Assembly: GCA_030141605.1 (NCBI GenBank)
Contig: JAQGDQ010000231.1
Span: forward strand, 186,001 to 250,000
Source of the DNA: Tubiluchus corallicola
Lineage: Eukaryota; Animalia; Priapulida
Length of the DNA: 64,000 bases
Direction of reading: 5' to 3'
Each line of letters opens with the position of its first letter. Positions within the stretch are counted from its first letter, which is position 1. The position numbers and the translations under genes are program-made. A model generated the notes under the pieces. That model was not told the origin of the DNA and did not search any database. It saw only the letters and a list, made by a program, of their open reading frames with translations. Shown here in pieces: positions 57,346-64,000 of this stretch.

Positions 57346-59092
57346 TTAAACATGGCAATTTTGCTTGCAACCCAGTTAAGCGACGCAATGGCTGTTTTTA
57401 GAAAAGTAGGATCTTTTATGATCATTTATATGAAATAAGTAACCCCTGCAGCTACTCAATTATAGAACAGGGAACGCTGACTTGGTATGAAGTCTTAAAA
57501 ATTAATCCCTGTTCTATCAAAGCCAACAGTCCTTTCCAGAAGGCGTTTTTATACAGACAAATACAAAGAAATTATGGAATTCAGTGGCGCCTTGGTCCTA
57601 TTCCTGCCAATACTGAGTTAATTTAATAACGCATTGAAAGCCATTTTGTTTCTGAACAATTTTTCTTCCCGAGAAAGCAATTACATTTTGATTGTATCTC
57701 TGCTTCGACGGTAGATAGATAAAAATAAATGGTAAGTAACTGATTTTGTTGCGAGCAAAACCATTCACTGAATGCATCGCAATGTGGTTAAGTCGAAGGA
57801 ATTGGTTTTGAAAAAAACTGGTGCGTAAGTGTGAACGTGGCTTTATTTTTCTACCCAGCATGGCGCCTTATAGAACGCTACCTGTTGCCTACATCATGCT
57901 ACAGGCAGCCTGCCTCATTAGAGTTAATTAGCTTTACCTTGCACCAAACAATCTTGCCTTTTGTGACTTACTGTAAAGTTAATTGCTTGTTAGCTCTCAC
58001 TCACTTGGCAGAAAGAAACAGAAAACGGTTTTCATTTAATAAAAGCTGATTTTCTTCTATTATGTAGTAAATGTTGGCAAACTTTTTGAGCCAAAGAACA
58101 GAAATTGACACCAAACTAATAGTTAATCTATTTCTAATGAAATCAATGACTGTGCTCCTGTTAACTTTGACAAATTTCATCGTTTTCATTTTTACAAAGT
58201 AACAACATTTAAATTTGCTGTAAAGACGAATGATAAAACTAAGAGTTATTACAAAGCTAAAGGCCTAGTATCGCATATGGATCATTGTAATTTGGTAACA
58301 TCTGTATTCAAAAACAACCGTGGATAATATCTCGCGGACTTAGACTGGCATAAACTTCAAACGTGCTACCACGCATTTTATCAACTTTTTGCACTTGCTA
58401 TTTGCTGCATTTGAAAAAGGACGGATGGACAGAGATAATCAATTTAATATAAGGCTCCGAAGCAGCTATAATAAAAAGCTGAAGACAGACAGGATTTCCG
58501 TCTTGGTAATGGCCTGGATAATTGAGTTTTTGTCTGCGAAAATCGATTACCTGAATTAGTTCTTTAAGGTCAGACCGATTGTGCAGTGTGCGTAGATGTA
58601 TAATGTACAGCTTTTCTTGGTTATGCATATTCATCTGCCAGGCGAATGACCTATAGCCTACGGAACAAAAAAAACACAGTGGCTTCGAATGCCTTATCAG
58701 GTTTAATTTCTTTACGTCAATTTCTTTTATTTGACTTCATGAATAGAAGGTTAGTATATTCATTACAAAATAATGTGTAAAAACGGAAAAGTAAAATCTA
58801 ATGTCGATATAAATACATTCCTCCTAGATAAATTTAGATTATGATAATGACTGCCATTAGGGACGTCTAAATATTACAATTAAACGTGTTTGTACCAGTA
58901 GCTGCTTTTATGTGAATTTTAGGTGCATGCCGTGGGAAACTTTTCTTGGCCGGCGGAATGGTTTTGAAAAATATAAGATAAAAGTCATTCCGAAAAAATG
59001 CATTTTCATTAACAAACTGAAATTCCGCATTATCAGCTATATTTACGAAAAACGCATTTTCTGCAAAAGATAGAAAGTTGCAACATTTCGAA

Positions 59093-59770
59093 TACATCGG
59101 GTGGCGCAGAAAAAATGTACCGAACTCTAGACTATACATTAGAGTCGAATGCCCTACAAAGTTGAAATTTCGCAACGTGATATTGCAGTACATAGATTTC
59201 AGACTGCGAAAGTCGCAAATTTGTAGTTTTAGTGGTTTTTAAGTTATGGCCGAAAACCTTTTGCGTGTTAAAAAAATTAATGCCACAACAGTGTCGGCTA
59301 ATCATCAACTGAAAAAAACACGTTCAGCGACGTATAAAACACTCAGCACACATAGCAATGCAGTAAGGAAATCAACCAGTTTACATCACGGTCATCACCA
59401 GAGAAAATAAAGTACTGATTTGTTACCAAGAAAAAACAAGACTTAATTCTCTGGGCTACGGTATTTGGATTTCTCTTAAAGAATTTTGAATTTTTGAATT
59501 TAACTTTTTGTTTCACGCTCAAGGTGTATAGTATAACACAAACAATCACACACAAAATATAAATACTATTAACAAATATACAAAAAAATACAAAAGAGAA
59601 AGTGCACAATGGTCGCACAGAACCGTTTGACGCAGATGAACTAAGACAAATAATTGTTGAGTGCTGGAACCCAAATACCCCTTAAAGAAGTGAAAACGAG
59701 TCAGCTGTAGGAAGAAACGCTTTTGCTTAGTTTGCAGTGAAAATGCTACACTATGTGAGCAATTTTAGCA
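59093..59770 (+). mobile_element. Decayed Tc1/mariner element
   Basis: TA followed by TIR-like catcgggtggcgcagaaaaaatgtaccga; downstream EKVHNGRTEPFDADELRQIIVECWN...RKKR resembles the transposase C-terminus. The right TIR was not located. Confidence 0.5.
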
Positions 59771-60914
59771 ATAGTGACACAAAGTTTTTTCCATCATTTA
59801 TTGTTTTGACTTTTTGGGTTAAAACTTCTGTATCTTTTGTGGAATCTAAAGGAACAACCTAAAGTTTTTGGTGTTTATGATAAGTGACTGTAACATCGGT
59901 GCGGCAGTTTTCAATTAATGCCGTCATTTTCTTCACGGAATTATTCGCTAACGTACCTGCACGTTAACGTCAAGTTAAATTTGTTTGTGAAAGCCAAGCG
60001 GGATGTTCAACGTCATATTTTTCCGAAAGTTCTCAGTCCCAAGTTCGAATCAGGGGGCAGGTGACACCACAATTCTTTCTTCGTTCTCTTGAATACTATT
60101 ATAGGCTGTGTAGTTGGTCCATTCAGAAACACATTTTGGCGAATACAGCACGCTGTTTTTCAAACTGATTGATCACAACAAGTACATCAATTTCCATACC
60201 CGTAGTGCATGGTAATGAAGTCCCAGCATGTGTGTCATTTACTGCAACTTCTCTGGCTTTACGATTTGCAAGACATTTAAGTCGGAAGCTTGTACTTTTA
60301 GGCTCCATTTCAACGCAGTAACACTACAAGAACAGATTACGCATTTATTTGCTTGTTTATTTCAGCATATAAACGACCAATATGGAGCAAATACTCTAAA
60401 ACACAAAACTATTAGCACTCTTTGCAGACTGAAATATTTAAAAACACCGGGCTGCTTTAGCGTAACCTGATGTAAAGTTGATTATGGTTACATAGAACAT
60501 AAAGTTACTCCACAGTATATCGCAGAAAAAGTTTGTTCGGTGATATTTTCAATGCAGCCAGAATGCTTAAATTTTAAGTTTTCTTCGTGACTGAAAGTTG
60601 TGCTTGTTCGAGGCTTAAGTGACATGATTAAATGCCTTTTGTAATAACACAGGATTTTCAACATTCCTGATGTAGGAGCACGCAGCAGTCATACAATATA
60701 ATATTTCGCTAGCACACCAGTCCCACCGGGTATAATATCAACACGAATCACCGTGCGGTTTACTTCTTGTAACAGCTGCCGTCTCTCGTATTACTTTAAT
60801 ATCGTTGTCATAATTATATCAGTTTATTTTTCAAATATGAAACTATGCTCAACATTGTTAGTGAACGTATGCTGCGGATTGCAGAGCCTCCTGTAGTGAT
60901 AAACAAGAAACCAT

Positions 60915-61195
60915 CTTTCTCTCTTTCTCTCTCTCGCATGCTCTCTTTCTCTCTTTCTCCATCTCTCTCTCTCTCTCTCTCTCCCTCTTTTCTCTTTCTC
61001 CCTCTTCACTCTCCTCTCTCTCTCTTTCCCTCTTTTCTCTTTGATCTCTCTCTTTTTCTCTCTTTCTCTCTTTCTCCCTCAGTCTCTCTCTCTCGTTCTC
61101 TCCCTCTCTTTCTCCCTCCGCACTTTCCCCTTTCCGTCTTCCTTCTCTCTCTCTCTCTCTCTCTCTGTCTCATTCTCTCTCTCTCTCTCTCTTTT
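60915..61195. repeat. (CT)n-rich low-complexity tract
   Basis: Direct reading. Confidence 0.9.
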
Positions 61196-62205
61196 GCCCC
61201 ACATACTTATCCGAATTTTCTCTCCATATTTTTCTTACTTTCATTTCTCGAGCCTCTTTCTCTTTTCTGTCCCTAATATTCCCTCAGTGTCTGTGCACTA
61301 ATCTCCCTCCTGCATACCTGTATGCTTTTAGTCTCAATCTTGACTCTCATCTCTTTAATTATATGGAAACATTATCCTTTCTCTTTTGTTCTCCACTCAT
61401 TAAGCAAAGTAGCGTGGCTTCGCAGTCACTCGCTCATTTATTATCGAGTTTTCTAAACAGTGTCGTCAAGTTCAGTAATTTATTTCGGCGATTTAGCCAG
61501 GCGGCTCGTTATTAAATTTTCACGCTTGAAGGCAAACGTGATTTTTGACTTTCCCGCTTCTCCATTGCTCGCAATCTTGACATCCTTCCTTTGAGCAGTT
61601 GATAAGAGGTGGCAATAAAATTTAAATGCAATGAGCGGATTAGAAAGTAGCAGCATGGAGGCTACTGAATGACTGCAAGTTAATGATTATCCTTTTTAAT
61701 AGATAGGACTTACTTTTTTGCGTTTTACCTTGTACGAAAAATTTGTTATTTCCAGTACAGATCAGTAGCCATAGCTTGACAAAGCTTGTAAAATTTCACT
61801 TTTTGTTAGAACTTTGTAATAGATGTGACGAGCTGATTAGTCAGATGTTTGTTGATGCTGAATATCTTGTAAACCAATAAAATGATTTTGTTGTTCCGCA
61901 AATTTTAAAATTAAAGCTGGCACTCGTAAACTATGTTATATTGTCCATGCCGGCAGTGGCTGTTTAATTTTAACTGTTTGTCGTATTAATTGTTGTAAAT
62001 TATGTAAGCCAAGGGTTGTTATAATTGGCACGAGTATAATCTCTCTTTTTTAAATCTTAGCCAGAAAACCTAGTCAGTTGTCCCGCTACTCCCTTACAGC
62101 TTTGCTAGATGATGAATTTTTTGGGTTGGCCCTATACAACGCGTCGCGCGTGCCACTTCTTACATTGCCTTGGTGACAAATCCACATCTCATTTAGTCTC
62201 TATAA

Positions 62206-63205
62206 GGCCTGTGTCACGCAAAAAAGCTGTAAGGAGCAAGCTACAAGGCGTCTTCGATCTCCCTTTAAAGGCGCAAGTCGTAATCCGCAGTATAATCCGC
62301 TCTGTCTAACTAGCAAGCCTTTTTTGCCACAATCTGTTTTTTGCCAGGAGACACGAAACTACTATATTTTAGTATACTAATAGTTACCATATTTATAGCT
62401 TAATTTAATGTATCTATTTATAGCAAGATAGTCCTTAGTAACTAGATAGTAGGCTGAAACCACACACAATCACAAACCACACAATCTACAAACAGAATAA
62501 AACAATACTTGCTCGATCATATTAAAAAAAGCCTCGCTGTAAGCTTAGAAATTTATGGGAAGTTTGTTTCATGTTCACATACAGACGACTAGATAATGCG
62601 TTAATATGATAGAACGGTTTATTGTCAAATATTTGTATTAGTTTCAAATTTTATTGACGGTTGTTTAAGTGATATTACTCATTAGTCACTACAGAATAAC
62701 AGATTTCTTTTTACGGAACAACAGATTTGTCAATCACATGCATTGTATAATACGACTGGTATGCGGCCTCCTGCATGTAGTATACGTCTCTTACGTCTGT
62801 TGTTAATAATATATCATTCGTAAAAATGTGTAGTAAATATATGTGACATCAAACTTTTTAATGTTTGTGTTACGTCGGTATTATGAATTTTCATGATAAA
62901 ATGAACTGTGTATAAAAAAAACTTAATTACACTAATTGTCACGTAAGCGACAAGCAAAAAAGCCTACGGCAAATAAAATTAATGGCCAAATTCATTTCAC
63001 GATAAGGCGCCTTATGCCCAAAACGGCTAGTAAGGAGTGTACCGCTGATTGTGGCAAAGGCAAGCCGCGATGGGCAGTAAATGGCAAATGGATCATCTGT
63101 GTGACAGGGCCCAATAAACAGAGCATATTAATTTTTTACAAGGCGCCCTTTTCTCCTCGCGGCTTACGCCTTACGGTTTACGTCCAGCTCTGTGTGAGAC
63201 GGGCC
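62206..63205. mobile_element. PIF/Harbinger-type MITE (1000 bp) with TAA TSD
   Basis: TAA flanks both ends; TIR ggcctgtgtcacgca versus the reverse complement ggcccgtctcacaca (12/15); subterminal aaggcg repeats. Confidence 0.75.
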
Positions 63206-64000
63206 TAAATAGGCGCAGCAATATCATGCATGTATTATATTACATATCTTTCCTGGTCTCAAATTGCATTATCATAATTACGCTTACGCACTGTCACAGT
63301 TTTATTAATGATCAAAATAAAGTCTTGAACTGATCAATTGAGCAACATACGACCGAGTAAGTACATTCTCCATCAACCCTTTATTGTCAGAAATAGGATG
63401 TTAGTAGTCATTCATTTCCCACAATACCCTGTATCGATTTTCGGAATGATGTATGGTTTAGCGAAGCCGACGAGTAGGAAAGATTTAATAAAGGCAATGA
63501 AGAATTAATCGACTCCGACAAGAAGTTTGTTGCTGTAGCGAGTAGCCAAGTTCAATAATAATAACATGAAAGCGAAAAGCGCGAAAATACTCGGCCATTA
63601 AGTTAAAGAGATTACACACAATGACTTTTAAACAGAAAGGGGAGGGACTGATAAATGAAAGAAAGGATTTGGCGGGCCAAAAGGGGAAACCATCAGAAAG
63701 TTTTCACGGAGAGTTTTTAACAGAAAAAGGCTAAAAATCATAGCTAGAACATGAGGCTAAGAAATATGTTAGAATGAAACAAAAAACTTGAAAGAGGTGC
63801 ATTTTGAAGACAGAACTAATAGGGAGAAAATGGAGTGAGGAAGTAAAGGAGTTTGAAAGAAAAAGAGAAAGTGAAAGAGAACGGGAAAAGAAGAAAGAGA
63901 AATAGGAAAAGGTGAGATATAAAAAGAGCAGGACAGAAAATGAAAAAGAAAGGTATTAAAATGTAAAGAATTATGAAATGTAAAGGAAAGAGAGAGAGGG

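Noticed and set aside
57859-57900. AG-preceded, phase-compatible segment WRLIERYLLP as GPCR exon 2
   Set aside because: It would leave TM3 about 11 residues too short before the E/DRY motif, and no TM4 follows.

Overview
AT-rich metazoan (invertebrate-like) genomic DNA with spliceosomal GT-AG introns. Manual translation supports five protein-coding genes: (1) a 5'-partial UDP-glucose 4-epimerase (GALE-like), + strand, 7 exons in the window; (2) a convergent, complete 6-exon GT61-family glycosyltransferase (POMGNT2/EOGT-like, 399 aa), - strand; (3) an intronless orphan class A GPCR; (4) a WDR47-like gene that appears to encode only the WD40 propeller; (5) the first coding exon of a neuropeptide GPCR (orexin/NPFF/SIFamide-type), after which no second exon was found in the remaining ~19 kb. 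Introns and intergenic DNA carry non-autonomous DNA transposons (several with intact TSDs), LINE and Tc1/mariner relics, tRNA-derived elements, minisatellites and microsatellites. Most notable: a sugar-nucleotide epimerase and a glycosyltransferase sit tail-to-tail and each has a substitution at a specificity or donor-binding site; a ~195 bp palindrome carries Penelope-type minimal hammerhead ribozyme motifs; and a 32-33 bp minisatellite with 13 perfect octamer (ATGCAAAT) motifs lies upstream of the neuropeptide receptor. All homology calls are from recalled motifs, not database searches.
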